Positions 1-10,548 of a stretch of DNA of 64,000 bases are shown in pieces. Source of the DNA: an uncultured delta proteobacterium (lineage in GTDB: Bacteria; Desulfobacterota; Binatia; UBA9968); contig CAWDPO010000006.1 of the NCBI GenBank assembly GCA_963804165.1, positions 128,001 through 192,000 of the forward strand, written 5' to 3'. The first letter of the stretch is position 1, and every line of letters starts with the position of its first letter. The notes beneath the pieces are model-generated. The model made no database searches and had not been told where the DNA came from. It saw nothing but the letters and a program-made list of their open reading frames with translations. The translations under genes and the position numbers were made by a program.

Positions 1-77
1 CCGCGCCAGGACTCGCCATCGCCATCAACAAAGAGCCGTGAACTAGGATCGAAATGCGGGTCTAAGGTGCTTTAACG

Positions 78-1124
78 CTACTCGCGATAGCGCGCCTGGA
101 GCTGCGCAAGAAAACCGCTCTCCTCCAGCTTGCGCATCAGAGTGATGTCCATAAGATTCGCCGGATTGACATCGTTGAGTCGAGGATTTTGCATCGCCAA
201 GAGTCTTTGCATGTTCCGCAGCCCCTCGATGGATGGGTAAGGCTTCGGGTCGAATTCTTTGAGCACGTCCGCATAGCCCTCCTCCGCGGCGGAGGGATCG
301 GCAAGCTTGAGCCGTTTCACAATAGTCTTGATCACCTGGGATTTGTTGCTGGGCGCCAGGACGTAATATTCCGCCTCGATCAATGCCTTCATGATGCTCT
401 CGAGGATCTCGGGGTTTTTCTGCAGAGCGATTTTTCTCGCGACGATCCCCGTCGCCGCCATCGCCGGTGTCACCTCGGTCAACAACGAAAAACCCTTTTG
501 TTTGAGTCCAGGAATATAAGTACGGGAGGTCAAAACCGCCGCGTCGATCACGTGTGATTCCAGCGCCGGAGCGATCACCGTTTGATCGCCGATGACGAGG
601 AGGTGAATCCGGTCCCGCGCCGCATCCAATCCGAGCTGTTCCAAAGTCAGCATGACGTACATCCATAGAGTTCCGCCGATGCTCTGCACGCCGATCCGTT
701 TTCCCGCCAGATCCGCCGGCTTTTTGATTTCCGGACGGACCATTAAATAGCCCCTGCCGCGGCTGACAAAGCTCGCGACCATCTTCAGCTCCACGCCGGC
801 CGCCGCCGCGCCCAGGACCGTGGTTCCTCCCGTGTAACCGACGTCGATATCGCCGGCGGCGATACCTGCCGTCAGGATCTGATTGTTGCGCACCAGCACG
901 ATTTGTGACGTGAGGCCGTACTTGCCGAAAAAATCCAAGTCTTGGGCAATCCACAGCGGCGCGACTCGCGGGCTGGGACTGGGAAATCCGATCACAACTC
1001 GGGTGGGCGCGGAAGCAGCACGGGTCACGTGGGCCGGCGCTAAAATGCCACAGATGATCAGTGCGACCACCAAGCAACACCGAAATCGCAGGCGATAATT
1101 TGCAAAAGTGGAAAAGCGCGCCAT
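78..1124 (-). CDS. NitT/TauT-family ABC transporter substrate-binding protein
   Basis: Signal peptide followed by an NMT1/SsuA-like pattern (FFGKYGL, DLAGKRIGV, LEQLGLD); ATG at 1124 chosen within ORF 78..1178. Confidence 0.85.
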   Translation of the reverse strand: MARFSTFANYRLRFRCCLVVALIICGILAPAHVTRAASAPTRVVIGFPSPSPRVAPLWIAQDLDFFGKYGLTSQIVLVRNNQILTAGIAAGDIDVGYTGGTTVLGAAAAGVELKMVASFVSRGRGYLMVRPEIKKPADLAGKRIGVQSIGGTLWMYVMLTLEQLGLDAARDRIHLLVIGDQTVIAPALESHVIDAAVLTSRTYIPGLKQKGFSLLTEVTPAMAATGIVARKIALQKNPEILESIMKALIEAEYYVLAPSNKSQVIKTIVKRLKLADPSAAEEGYADVLKEFDPKPYPSIEGLRNMQRLLAMQNPRLNDVNPANLMDITLMRKLEESGFLAQLQARYRE

Positions 1125-1614
1125 GGGATGACTCCATTCTGCTGGCAAATCGAACGCCACGAAATTACTCGACTGCATGTCAAAGTTGCAAGGGCAAATA
1201 AAAGACTGACTTTTCTAATACTTTCTCGCTTTTCTCGTTGCTGCGAATTTCGCGACGCAGTCCCAATTCTAAACCCGGATCGTCGGTGTAATGTCGGTGT
1301 AATGAAGTTGGTAAACTTCCAGCATTTCATTGTCCGCTCGGTAGAGCGGAGGAAATTGACACATGAGAAACATTGCGTCACACAGATGGTTCAAAAAAAA
1401 TGGGGAACTGGGTTGACATCAGCTGAGCGTGCGCTAGACGTGAAATAAGGGTGTCGAGAAACGAGCCTGTCGACTTCTCATCCGGTTTTTCCAAATTTCG
1501 TCCTGCATTTCGGTTCTGGACGGGCTCAATCAATTCAAACGGAGAACGTGCATTTCATATAGCTGCCAAATCGTTGTGCGTTAGATTCGAAGAATTATTT
1601 GGAGGAAAAGGCGT

Positions 1615-1878
1615 ATGCGATTAAGAGAACACCCAAAGATCCAGTGGCCACCCAGTTGGTCGGAGTGGGACGAAAGATCCCTTAGCGGAGAAGAGGGGAT
1701 TTTGCGAGACATTGACTTTATTGAACCCGCCAAGCTTCTTCTAAGCAACGAGGTCGATGGGAAAGTCTATTTTGCCGAAATCTATTGCTTCAATACCGCC
1801 TTCGCTTCCAGACTGCGCGAAAAGCTTAAGCCCATTGTAGGGAAACCGATGAGAGAAGTGGGAGAACTGATTATTTAG
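1615..1878 (+). CDS. hypothetical protein (87 aa)
   Basis: ORF with a GGAGG RBS upstream and protein-like composition. Confidence 0.65.
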   Translation: MRLREHPKIQWPPSWSEWDERSLSGEEGILRDIDFIEPAKLLLSNEVDGKVYFAEIYCFNTAFASRLREKLKPIVGKPMREVGELII

Positions 1879-1904
1879 AGCAACCTTAAAAAAAGGGGGA
1901 AGCT

Positions 1905-2351
1905 ATGGGACGAGCAAAACCAGGCGATACCGTTAAGGTTCATTACCGCGGCAAGCTGCGCGACGGGTCTGAATTCGATGCATCCTTCGATCGCGAGCCT
2001 CTCCAGTTTACCATCGGTGGCGGTCAAATCATCCCGGGTTTCGAGGAAGCCGTCGTGGGAATGAATCCGGGCGATGCCAAAACGGCGGAGCTACCGGTGG
2101 AAAAAGCTTTTGGGCCGTACCGTGAAGAAATGGTCACCGTGGTCAACAAACGTAAGCTCGCGGGGCGCTGGCGCGTGGATCCGAAGGTAGGTGAACACGT
2201 GGAAGTCCCTCAAGTAGAAGGACCACCCATGAATGTAACGATAACGGACGTCACCGAATCGGAAGTAACCCTGGATGCCAACCACCCTCTCGCAGGAAAG
2301 GATGTAACCTTTGATATTGAGTTGGTCGACATTGTTTATGCGGCACACTAA
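1905..2351 (+). CDS. FKBP-type peptidyl-prolyl cis-trans isomerase (SlyD-like, no His-rich tail)
   Basis: GDTVKVHYRG...FDAS...PLQFTIGGGQIIPGFEEA...DANHPLAGK motifs. Confidence 0.93.
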   Translation: MGRAKPGDTVKVHYRGKLRDGSEFDASFDREPLQFTIGGGQIIPGFEEAVVGMNPGDAKTAELPVEKAFGPYREEMVTVVNKRKLAGRWRVDPKVGEHVEVPQVEGPPMNVTITDVTESEVTLDANHPLAGKDVTFDIELVDIVYAAH

Positions 2352-2534
2352 ATGCTTTTGAAACCCCAGTGCGTGAGCGACCCTATTGGGACCCTAATCA
2401 TCGTCATCCTCATACAGCCAATCCGAGTCCCAATCGGTTACAACCCACGAACGGAGCCTCAAAAACATATCAGCGAGCCATTTCAGCAACGCGGAAATTG
2501 GCGCAATCATGGTATTAACCATCGTACCTGATCT

Positions 2535-4277
2535 TTACTGCAGTACTTCCTCTCTTTGCTTCAAGAGCTGCAACTCTTCCTCGCCGAATTCTTTGAATCC
2601 ATTCTCAGCCTGGACCGCTCGAGTGATCAGGTCGGCCATCTGCCGGGCCGAATGGAGTCTGGCGATGTAAACGAAATCAGCGCCCTCTTCGTAGAGCTCC
2701 ACCGCAGACGAAATATTGTCCGCGGCGGCGATGACCTGCGCGTTCGGATAAAGGCGCCGCGCCTGGCGCAGCAGTCGCAGGTTGGTCGTTCCCCGTAATA
2801 TCGCATCCGAGATCGTGCACGCGACGATCTTCGCCGAATGGATATGAGCGAGGTGCAGTGTGTCCATGTTGGCCACGTCGCCGTAGAGACATCTGATCCG
2901 CCGGCGCTTGAGCTCTTCAAGCACCAGAGGATTGAAATCGATCACCAGGATCTGGCTTAGAACACCGTCGCCATTTGCCTCTTGGGACCGCAATTCCAAT
3001 TCGTGGATAATCGAGCTGGCCTCACGAAAACAACCGAGAAAGACAATTGAGTTTTCCTCCTCATCCGCAACGTCGGGGGTCAATTCCCCGTCCGTGGTAA
3101 AACCTACTTTAGCCAGCAGGCGGGCCAGCAGGCGTTGGATTTCGTGATTGTACGCGACCAGATAGGTCGACAGGACCGAGGTGATTGCAAAGACACAAGT
3201 AAGAACGGCGACGAGCTCGGCACTGATGTGGTCTAGAGACAGGCCCAAAGACGCGATCACGAGAGAAAATTCGCTCATCTGCGCGAGATTGATCGAAGGT
3301 ATCAGGCTAGCCCGCAAACCGTTGCCGAGCAGGTAGAGCACCGGAAAAATGGCGAGGAGGCGGCTGACGAAGACGAAGAGCGACATGGCGACGGCAGCCG
3401 TGACAATCGATAATGAAGGTTGCGGAATCTTCATGCCAAGCGCGACGAAAAATAGCGTGACGAAAAAATCTCGGATGTTGATCACTTTGGCGATGACGTC
3501 GACGTTGTAGGGAAACGTCGACATGCTGACACCAGCGATGAGCGCTCCCATCTCCCGCGAAAGTCCCAGCCAATCGGCGGCGCCGCTCACCAGAAAACAC
3601 CACGCAAGCGCCGCGACCAACATGAGCTCAGGCACCTTGGCCACGAACGAGAAAAACCTTGGCAGTGCGTAGCGGCTCACTGCCAGCGTTATCAAAACCA
3701 GTGCGACGCCTTTTGTGAAGGACGCCAAAAGAATTCCAACCTGGGGATCGTCCAGGTCCGGCTGCAGCGCGAGAAAGGCAATCGCCCAGATGTCCTGAAA
3801 TACGAGAACGCCGAGGGTGATCCGCCCAGGCAAGGTCGTCAGCTCGAATTTATCGTAGAGCAGCTTCACCACGATCAGCGTACTGCTGAGCGCCAATGTT
3901 ACGGCCAAGTAGATCCAGTCGAAATTGCCTTTGCGCGGTGCGTATCCCATCAGAAACGCCAACCCGATCCCCAGGGCGACACATAAAAGGAATTGGCTGA
4001 CGCCCGCGACCAGGATCGTCCGCCCAGCGCCGAGAAGTTTTTTCAGATCGATTTCCAGTCCGATAATGAAAAGGAGGAGAATCAGGCCAATCTCCGAGAT
4101 CAAATCGATCGTCTCTTTATCCTTTACCCAGGCGAATCCGATCTCGGGGCCGATGACGACGCCCGCGACCAGGTAGCCGAGAATTACCGGTTGTTTCAGG
4201 AGCTTGGCGATGAACGCGCACAAGATCGCGATCGTAAAGGCGAGACCGATATTCGAGAGAAGGCTATGCTGGTCCAT
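2535..4277 (-). CDS. CPA2/Kef-type cation:proton antiporter with C-terminal TrkA-N (RCK) domain
   Basis: Many TM helices, LLLFIIGLE and LVFQDI motifs, C-terminal YGDVAN RCK motif. Confidence 0.9.
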   Translation of the reverse strand: MDQHSLLSNIGLAFTIAILCAFIAKLLKQPVILGYLVAGVVIGPEIGFAWVKDKETIDLISEIGLILLLFIIGLEIDLKKLLGAGRTILVAGVSQFLLCVALGIGLAFLMGYAPRKGNFDWIYLAVTLALSSTLIVVKLLYDKFELTTLPGRITLGVLVFQDIWAIAFLALQPDLDDPQVGILLASFTKGVALVLITLAVSRYALPRFFSFVAKVPELMLVAALAWCFLVSGAADWLGLSREMGALIAGVSMSTFPYNVDVIAKVINIRDFFVTLFFVALGMKIPQPSLSIVTAAVAMSLFVFVSRLLAIFPVLYLLGNGLRASLIPSINLAQMSEFSLVIASLGLSLDHISAELVAVLTCVFAITSVLSTYLVAYNHEIQRLLARLLAKVGFTTDGELTPDVADEEENSIVFLGCFREASSIIHELELRSQEANGDGVLSQILVIDFNPLVLEELKRRRIRCLYGDVANMDTLHLAHIHSAKIVACTISDAILRGTTNLRLLRQARRLYPNAQVIAAADNISSAVELYEEGADFVYIARLHSARQMADLITRAVQAENGFKEFGEEELQLLKQREEVLQ

Positions 4278-4473
4278 ACGGGTTATAGTAGTCGAGAGAG
4301 CCGAGAAAAAGCGAGAGCTTCACCCGGACACTTGAGGAGAATTAATACCGACGCAGAAAAATTGGCAGCAGCAGTCACGTCCGGCGGGCGCCTGAATTTG
4401 CTGCCCGCAACACAAAAGATTTCAATGTTCCAGCGTTGGCAAATCGAAGCCACGGTGATAAAAAGGACAGCGT

Positions 4474-4761
4474 ATGCCTGCCTATGAGATTTACGTGCTA
4501 TGCAACGAGTGCAACCGCGAGCATCCGATACTTATGAAGATTCATTTGGACCAGGGTCCGGACCATAAGCAGAGCATTGCCGAGTTCTTTCGCGGCGGAG
4601 CAGTGCCTCCCCAGGTCGCTCCGATCAAGGGCCACAAAGCCTTGTGCCTAAGGACGGGCAAAACGTTTCGACTCGAAAGAGATGACCAGATTTTTCTGGT
4701 ACCGCCCACCGTCAAAAACCTACCACACCGCCAGATCCCCTTGATGCCCGACGCCACTTGA
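4474..4761 (+). CDS. small hypothetical protein with CxxC...H...C putative metal site
   Basis: AAGGA RBS; sequence CNECNREHP...LCLRTG. Confidence 0.65.
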   Translation: MPAYEIYVLCNECNREHPILMKIHLDQGPDHKQSIAEFFRGGAVPPQVAPIKGHKALCLRTGKTFRLERDDQIFLVPPTVKNLPHRQIPLMPDAT

Positions 4762-4908
4762 GCGACCGCAGCCGGGCCGAAACAATTACGCTTGACCGCG
4801 ATCTCGCGCGCCAATAAGTTCCCGACTAACCACGCTCGGCACAGCCATACGCGTCGAGGGCCCATCGAGTTGGCGGGCCTTGTCGATGAGGGATAACGGA
4901 GGTGAACA

Positions 4909-5958
4909 ATGAAAATGGTAGCCGCGACGTTCTTTTTCCTTTTTTTCATCAGCGCATCCGCATGGACTCAAACCAACAAGCCGTCGTCGTCGGCTGCCGA
5001 CTTGGCATCCTACACCGGAGCGGATCGCGAGCGCTTGCTGCTCGACGGCGCAAAACGGGAAGGCAAAGTTGTCTGGTACACAACTCTCGCCGCCGAACAG
5101 AACAAGCAAATTGCCGGTGCCTTCGAAGCGAGATATCCCGGCGTGAGAGTGGAGACGTTTCGCACCGGATCATCGGCGCTGGCTCAACGTGTGCTCACGG
5201 AGGCGAAGGCAAAACGCCACATCGCCGACGCGATCGAGACGACGCTGCCCGGGTTGCTCACATTTCGCGAAAACCAGTTACTACTCCCCTACACTTCGCC
5301 CCACCTCACCGCGTTTCCCGAGGACGCCAAAGAGAGAGCTTCTAAAAATCTCGTTTTATGGACGCATGTGCGTGAATCCTACATCGGTTTCGCTTACAAC
5401 AAGAATTTCTTAAACGCCGCGGACGTGCCCAAAAACTTCGATGGCTTAGTGAAGCCGGCCCTGCGCGATAACATGGGCTTGTCGGGAGATGACACCGGCG
5501 CGCGCATCATTGGCGCCATGGTCAAGGCGAAAGGCGACGGCTTTGTAAGAAAATTGAAAGAACAGAATATAAGAATGCACATGATGGCGGGCAGCGCTTT
5601 GACTCAGCTCGTCGCCGCCGGAGAAATCTTTGCGTCGCCCAGTCAGTTCTATAGCGCGACCAACGTCGCTGCCAAGCGCGGCGCGCCGGTGGCGTGGGTT
5701 CCGATGGATCTGGTGGTCGCCAACGCTGGCGGCGCGGCGGTTTACGCCAACGCGCCGCGGCCGCATTCGGCGCTACTCTTTGCCGATTTTCTCCTGAGTT
5801 CCGAGGGGCAAAAGCTGCTCGAAGATTTGTACTTCGGCAGCGCCAGGAAGGATTACGGATTTAAGCGCTGGTACCCGGAAAGAGGCGGGTCGATCGCTCA
5901 GTACGAAGAAGCGCTGGAGGGATGGCACAAACTGCTCAAAGAAGTCACGCGCAAATGA
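4909..5958 (+). CDS. ABC transporter extracellular solute-binding protein (iron/polyamine-like)
   Basis: Signal peptide; AKREGKVVWYT and APRPHSALLFADFLLSSEGQ motifs. Confidence 0.85.
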   Translation: MKMVAATFFFLFFISASAWTQTNKPSSSAADLASYTGADRERLLLDGAKREGKVVWYTTLAAEQNKQIAGAFEARYPGVRVETFRTGSSALAQRVLTEAKAKRHIADAIETTLPGLLTFRENQLLLPYTSPHLTAFPEDAKERASKNLVLWTHVRESYIGFAYNKNFLNAADVPKNFDGLVKPALRDNMGLSGDDTGARIIGAMVKAKGDGFVRKLKEQNIRMHMMAGSALTQLVAAGEIFASPSQFYSATNVAAKRGAPVAWVPMDLVVANAGGAAVYANAPRPHSALLFADFLLSSEGQKLLEDLYFGSARKDYGFKRWYPERGGSIAQYEEALEGWHKLLKEVTRK

Positions 5959-6195
5959 CCGCTCCGGCGCGCGTCCACTGAATCGAGAATTTATCTGCGA
6001 CATCCTGCCGCGGGCTGTTGAGCAAATCAAATTACGGTCATCAAGAGTAACGAATTGACCGTAGCACTGGCGGGATGCAGTGCCGCCCGATCGTGCGTCA
6101 CGGCATCCATCGAATGCTTTTGAGCTCAGTGCCGATCATCCGAGACTTGAAAAAGTTGAAAGCGATGCGGTTGTCGGGCCGCATATTTTATGAAT

Positions 6196-7182
6196 TCAGT
6201 TATTAATCACGGCGCGGAAGCGCACTTTACCTTCGACGACTCGTTCATACGCCTTGTTGATGTCGCTTAGCGGGTATGTTTCAGCGATGACTTTTACCTT
6301 GCCCCGTGCCGCGTAGTCGAGTGCTTCATAGAGATGTTCGCGGCTGTTTTGCTGCGAGCCGATGATGCGGATCCGCTTCATGATGAGGTCGGCGCCGGAG
6401 ATTGCGAGCGGCTTGGCTTCGAAGCCCATTAGGACCAACCGTCCGTCGGGCCGAAGACCCTGAATGGTGTCCACCATGGCGTCGTTCGAGTTGCTCGTGC
6501 CGAGAACGATATCGGCGCCACCTATATCGGCCAACCCTTTGCCGTTGCGTACAATCTCGTCGGCGCCTAGAGAACGAATAAACTTATCCTTGTCGGGAGA
6601 ACGGGAAATCGCAATCGTTGTGAACCCCGCGGCTTTGGCGTACTGGACGGCCAAGTGTCCCAGGCCCCCGATGCCGACCACGGCCACGCGTTCGCCGGGC
6701 AGCGGATCCGCCCAGCGCAAGCCGGACCAAACCGTATAGCCGGCGCAGAAAATCGGCGCGGCTTGTTCATAGGAAAGACCGTCGGGAAGGGGCATCGTCG
6801 CATCCGCGTAGGCGAGCATATACTCCGCGTGGCCGCCTGGCACTTCAACGCCGGTGCTGATTTGTTCTGCGCAAAACATCGGCCGCCCGCGCAGACACCA
6901 CTCGCAGCGGCCGCAGGAGGCCTGAATCCAGGGCACACCGACACGGTCGCCCGCTCGGCGCGTCCTGACACCAGGCCCGACGGCGACGATCTCACCGACC
7001 GGCTCGTGTCCAAGTATGCGCGGAAATGCTCCCGGCAGCTCGCCGGCGGTAAGATGCACGTCGGTGTAACACAGACCGCTCGCGTGAATCTTGATCAGAA
7101 CTTGATTCGCCGCCGGCTCAGGCGTCGGCACCTCTTTGACTTCCCATTTGCGATTAACGGCTGGAACGACTGCTGCTTTCAT
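6196..7182 (-). CDS. Zn-dependent alcohol dehydrogenase (MDR family)
   Basis: GLCYTD, GHEPVG, CGRCEWC and GIGGLG motifs; AAGGA RBS before ATG 7182. Confidence 0.93.
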   Translation of the reverse strand: MKAAVVPAVNRKWEVKEVPTPEPAANQVLIKIHASGLCYTDVHLTAGELPGAFPRILGHEPVGEIVAVGPGVRTRRAGDRVGVPWIQASCGRCEWCLRGRPMFCAEQISTGVEVPGGHAEYMLAYADATMPLPDGLSYEQAAPIFCAGYTVWSGLRWADPLPGERVAVVGIGGLGHLAVQYAKAAGFTTIAISRSPDKDKFIRSLGADEIVRNGKGLADIGGADIVLGTSNSNDAMVDTIQGLRPDGRLVLMGFEAKPLAISGADLIMKRIRIIGSQQNSREHLYEALDYAARGKVKVIAETYPLSDINKAYERVVEGKVRFRAVINN

Positions 7183-7287
7183 GATTTGTTTCCTTTCGCT
7201 GGTAGATGTGTTGCTTTTGCCCATCGGTTACTCGACGAAACGACAAGAGAGAGGCCGCACCATGTTAACGTCCGTCATCCCGAACGA

Positions 7288-7420
7288 CAGACTGTGTAAA
7301 AACGCCGGTCATGGTTCGACTCGACTCACCACGAATGGCATGGTTTCATCAGAAATGAAGCATTTATCCGTTCGCCCTGAGCTTCGTACGAAGGGCTCTG
7401 ATAGAGTTTGACACAGTCTG
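7288..7420. repeat. MITE-like element with CAGACTGTGT...ACACAGTCTG terminal inverted repeats
   Basis: 10-bp perfect TIR; similar termini at 51267, 60512 and 63288. Confidence 0.7.
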
Positions 7421-7558
7421 ACGAACGCGAGAATCGAAATGACAACACTCGCACCTGACGCTCCTTGCGCTTTTGCGCGGTAATTCCGACCTTGTGCTCT
7501 TCGCGTCTTTCGTGGTGAAACGTCTTTGCTTCCTTTTCTTTGCTTCTTACTATTGCAG

Positions 7559-8614
7559 TTACGCCACCGGGATCGCCTGCAATTCCAGCAATTCGGGCTT
7601 GTCGCCCGCTATAGCGACTGCGGAACCGTTGATCTGTTCGTGCGGTGTGCCGAGCGCGATCGCGCTGGCCGCATCTAGGCGCGCGACCTGGTCTTGTGAG
7701 AGCGTCACATTAACAGCGCCGAGCGTGGCATCGAGCTGTTCGCGCGTGCGCGAGCCGAGGATCGGGATCAGACTGGTCGTAGACCGCCGCGCCTTATGCA
7801 ACAGCCAGGCGATTGCAATCTCAGTCGCGAACGCGCCGACCTCTTTCGCGACCGCCAGAACGGCATCCAGGATGGCCGTCTCACGCGCCGTCTTCTCGGT
7901 ATGGACCAGCACGCTCATCCTCGAGTTCAGCCGCCCTCCATCGCTCGAACGATACTTGCCGGTGAGAAATCCACCGCCGAGCGGCGACCACAGCGCCGCT
8001 CCCAGCCCCAACGCTTCCGCCATGGGCAAAAGTTCTCGATCTGCCGCGCGCTCCGCCAGGCTGTACTCAATCTGGATACCGGCGATGGGCGCCCATCCAC
8101 GCAACTCCGCCAACAGATCGGCGCGGGCAATTCGCCAGGCGGGAAAGTTGGAAAGGCCTGCGTAGTGAATCTTGCCGGCGCACACCAGGTCGAAGGCGCG
8201 CACGATCTCCTCCATCGGCGTCACGCCATCGGCGAAGTGTGCCCAGTAAAGATCGATGCGGTCGGTCTTGAGCCGCTTGAGACTTCCTTCAACCGAACGA
8301 ACCATGTTCTTGCGGCTATTGCCGGTGCGCGAGATGCCGTCAGTGGCAGTCGTTCCCAAAGTATACTTCGTGGCAAGAACAAAATAGTCGCGATCCGAGG
8401 AGATGAAGTCGCCGACCAGTTCCTCTGACTCGCCGAACTGATAGCTGTCGGCGGTATCGATAAAGTTGCCGCCGGCTTCGACATAGCTGTCGAAAACTTT
8501 CTTTGCCTCATCACGTTCAGCGCCATGCCCCCAGCGGGTGCCGAAGTTGCCCGCGCCCAACGCAAGTTCAGAAACACGCAAACCCGTGCGGCGGCCGAAG
8601 ATTTTATATCGCAT
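7559..8614 (-). CDS. aldo/keto reductase
   Basis: TGLRVSELALG, GGNFIDTADSY, ATKY, SLKRLKTDRIDLY and WSPLGGG motifs. Confidence 0.93.
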   Translation of the reverse strand: MRYKIFGRRTGLRVSELALGAGNFGTRWGHGAERDEAKKVFDSYVEAGGNFIDTADSYQFGESEELVGDFISSDRDYFVLATKYTLGTTATDGISRTGNSRKNMVRSVEGSLKRLKTDRIDLYWAHFADGVTPMEEIVRAFDLVCAGKIHYAGLSNFPAWRIARADLLAELRGWAPIAGIQIEYSLAERAADRELLPMAEALGLGAALWSPLGGGFLTGKYRSSDGGRLNSRMSVLVHTEKTARETAILDAVLAVAKEVGAFATEIAIAWLLHKARRSTTSLIPILGSRTREQLDATLGAVNVTLSQDQVARLDAASAIALGTPHEQINGSAVAIAGDKPELLELQAIPVA

Positions 8615-8648
8615 ACCGTTGCTCCTTAACTACATTAGAAGGTTTCGC

Positions 8649-8818
8649 TCACGCCTTGAAGAAGACGAGCAGATCTGCGTTGACTTGGTCCTTTTGGGTC
8701 GAGCACATCCCGTGCGACCCGCCTTTGTAGATCTTGAGTTGGGTGTTCCTGATCAGCTTGGACGAGAGCATGGCCGAAGCGCCCCGGAATTTTCTTTACC
8801 GACATTAATGCATGGCAT
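8649..8818 (-). pseudogene. non-heme haloperoxidase-like alpha/beta hydrolase remnant (N-terminus joined out of frame to C-terminus)
   Basis: AAGAGGA RBS and ATG 8818 give MPCINVGKENSG; a second frame gives GASAMLSSKLIRNTQLKIYKGGSHGMCSTQKDQVNADLLVFFKA-stop at 8649. Confidence 0.75.
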
Positions 8819-9084
8819 CGGGAATTTCCTCTTCTTGTGGATGCGCTCGCTGCGCATATCACAGGATGCAACGAGAAGAGAGCAACGCGTGTGCCATTAC
8901 GAGTCAGCGTGCCGAATCTCGAAAATCATAACAATCATCACGCTGTCAAACATCTCGGATGGATCGTATCGAAAATCCCTTGCCTAATTATCGGCACCTG
9001 CCGAAATATCGCCTCATTCTTGGGCGCATAACAATAGGAATGTATTCAACGGCTGGAATATTGGAGCCCTTGGATCAGCCCCGA

Positions 9085-9278
9085 ACATCTTGAACGATCT
9101 GAACGGATTGATCGCATTGGACTATTGAATGATTGAACCTTTGAACGAAAATCTGGCTTGACACTCTCATTACTGTTTGGTACGCGTCGCGATGGAAGAG
9201 TGCTCGCTAACGCTCGAAGTTTTGAATACTTGATCGCAACGATTGGAACCATTGGAACGACTGAAACGGCTGGAACTT
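9085..9278. repeat. degenerate TTGAAC/TTGGAAC micro-repeat tract
   Basis: Repeated ttgaacg and ttggaac units with 7-9 bp period. Confidence 0.65.
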
Positions 9279-9311
9279 TCTTTCCAGCTAGAATCGCAGG
9301 AGGGTTGATAA

Positions 9312-10397
9312 ATGAACGGCATGGAGCCTAAGGGTGCAGTTCACTGGATCGATCACTTCGTAGTCGGCACAAACGATATGCCCGCGTGGGCTGATTGGGC
9401 GGTGAATGCCATCGGCCTTACCCGCAGACCGCTCATCGGACTCACCACCGCGGCGCGAAAAAGAAATATCAAGATCACTTGTTTTCTTTGGTGGGAGGGC
9501 GGGTCATGCCGCATCGGCGCGTTCCTTCAGCCTGAGATCTATCCGCCGGCTAAAGCTCTCGGCGAGGATCTGCCGCGTTGCGCATTTTATATCCGGCCGG
9601 AGGATATCGACAGGCACTTGCGCCGGCTCGATCGGCACAAGATTCCGCACAGCGATCCGATCCGCACCGCCACCGACGGCGATGATGGCTCCGTCATCTA
9701 CTTCGCCGATCCGGACGGCAACCAGTACGAGTTCTGGGCGCCTGTGCGTATGCCCGAAGGAGCCATGGAGATCGCCACGGAAGAGAAAGTCGGCCGCATC
9801 AGTCATTGTGTCTACGGTGCTCGCGACCTTGGACGAACCGCCGCCTTCTTCGAAAAATATTGTGGCATCGGTCCGGAGCAAAATTCCAAAACCGCCGAGG
9901 GAACGCTGGTTTTACGCCTGCGCGCGGGCGGCCGTCTAGTTTACAAGTTGGTCGACAAGGTCGACGAGCGCGTTTCCGGACATGGAACCTGGTGGGACAT
10001 GCACACGGCGCTGACGGTTCGTCAGGAGGAGTTCCTGCCCAACTACCGGCGCATGTGGGACGGCATTCCCGAAGAAGTCGGTTATAAGGCGGACCTGAAT
10101 CTCTCCCTGGAGCAACAAGAGTCACTCCCCGCGCGCACGGGTCTGCATCGCAGTCCCGTCGGTATCAGGTGGAAAGAAATATGCGACCGCGGCGATGAGT
10201 TCTACGATTGGGACTGTCATTCCTTTCACTTCATGGGCGGCAAACCGTTGAACGCTGACGGTTCCATGGCGCTCTACGAGGCGATCGAGCAGGAAGCCTA
10301 TTTGCTCGAGCTCGCCGAATCGCTGAGCAAAAGCACTCAGTCTGGATTGATGACCGGACTAGGCAAGGAAAATCCCTTCAAGCTTCGCGAAACCTAA
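9312..10397 (+). CDS. two-domain VOC (glyoxalase/extradiol dioxygenase-like) protein
   Basis: WIDHFVVG, IYFADPDGNQYEFW, RISHCVYG and HTAL motifs; AGGAGG RBS. Confidence 0.75.
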   Translation: MNGMEPKGAVHWIDHFVVGTNDMPAWADWAVNAIGLTRRPLIGLTTAARKRNIKITCFLWWEGGSCRIGAFLQPEIYPPAKALGEDLPRCAFYIRPEDIDRHLRRLDRHKIPHSDPIRTATDGDDGSVIYFADPDGNQYEFWAPVRMPEGAMEIATEEKVGRISHCVYGARDLGRTAAFFEKYCGIGPEQNSKTAEGTLVLRLRAGGRLVYKLVDKVDERVSGHGTWWDMHTALTVRQEEFLPNYRRMWDGIPEEVGYKADLNLSLEQQESLPARTGLHRSPVGIRWKEICDRGDEFYDWDCHSFHFMGGKPLNADGSMALYEAIEQEAYLLELAESLSKSTQSGLMTGLGKENPFKLRET

Positions 10398-10410
10398 TTT
10401 ACGTGCGTAG

Positions 10411-10537
10411 ATTCAGGCTGGTCAAAAAGGTTCAGTTGCGAGGCGTGCGAAGATCGATGCGGAGGCGTACTCTTGTACGTTGACGCGAAATCGGTTGAGC
10501 ACAACGAAGCAAATGAGCCTTTTTCAACAGCCTGAAT
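10411..10537. mobile_element. non-autonomous MITE-like element (about 127 bp)
   Basis: Imperfect 20-bp TIR ATTCAGGCTGGTCAAAAAGG...CCTTTTTCAACAGCCTGAAT; no coding capacity. Confidence 0.7.
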
Positions 10538-10548
10538 AGGAGTAGCTC

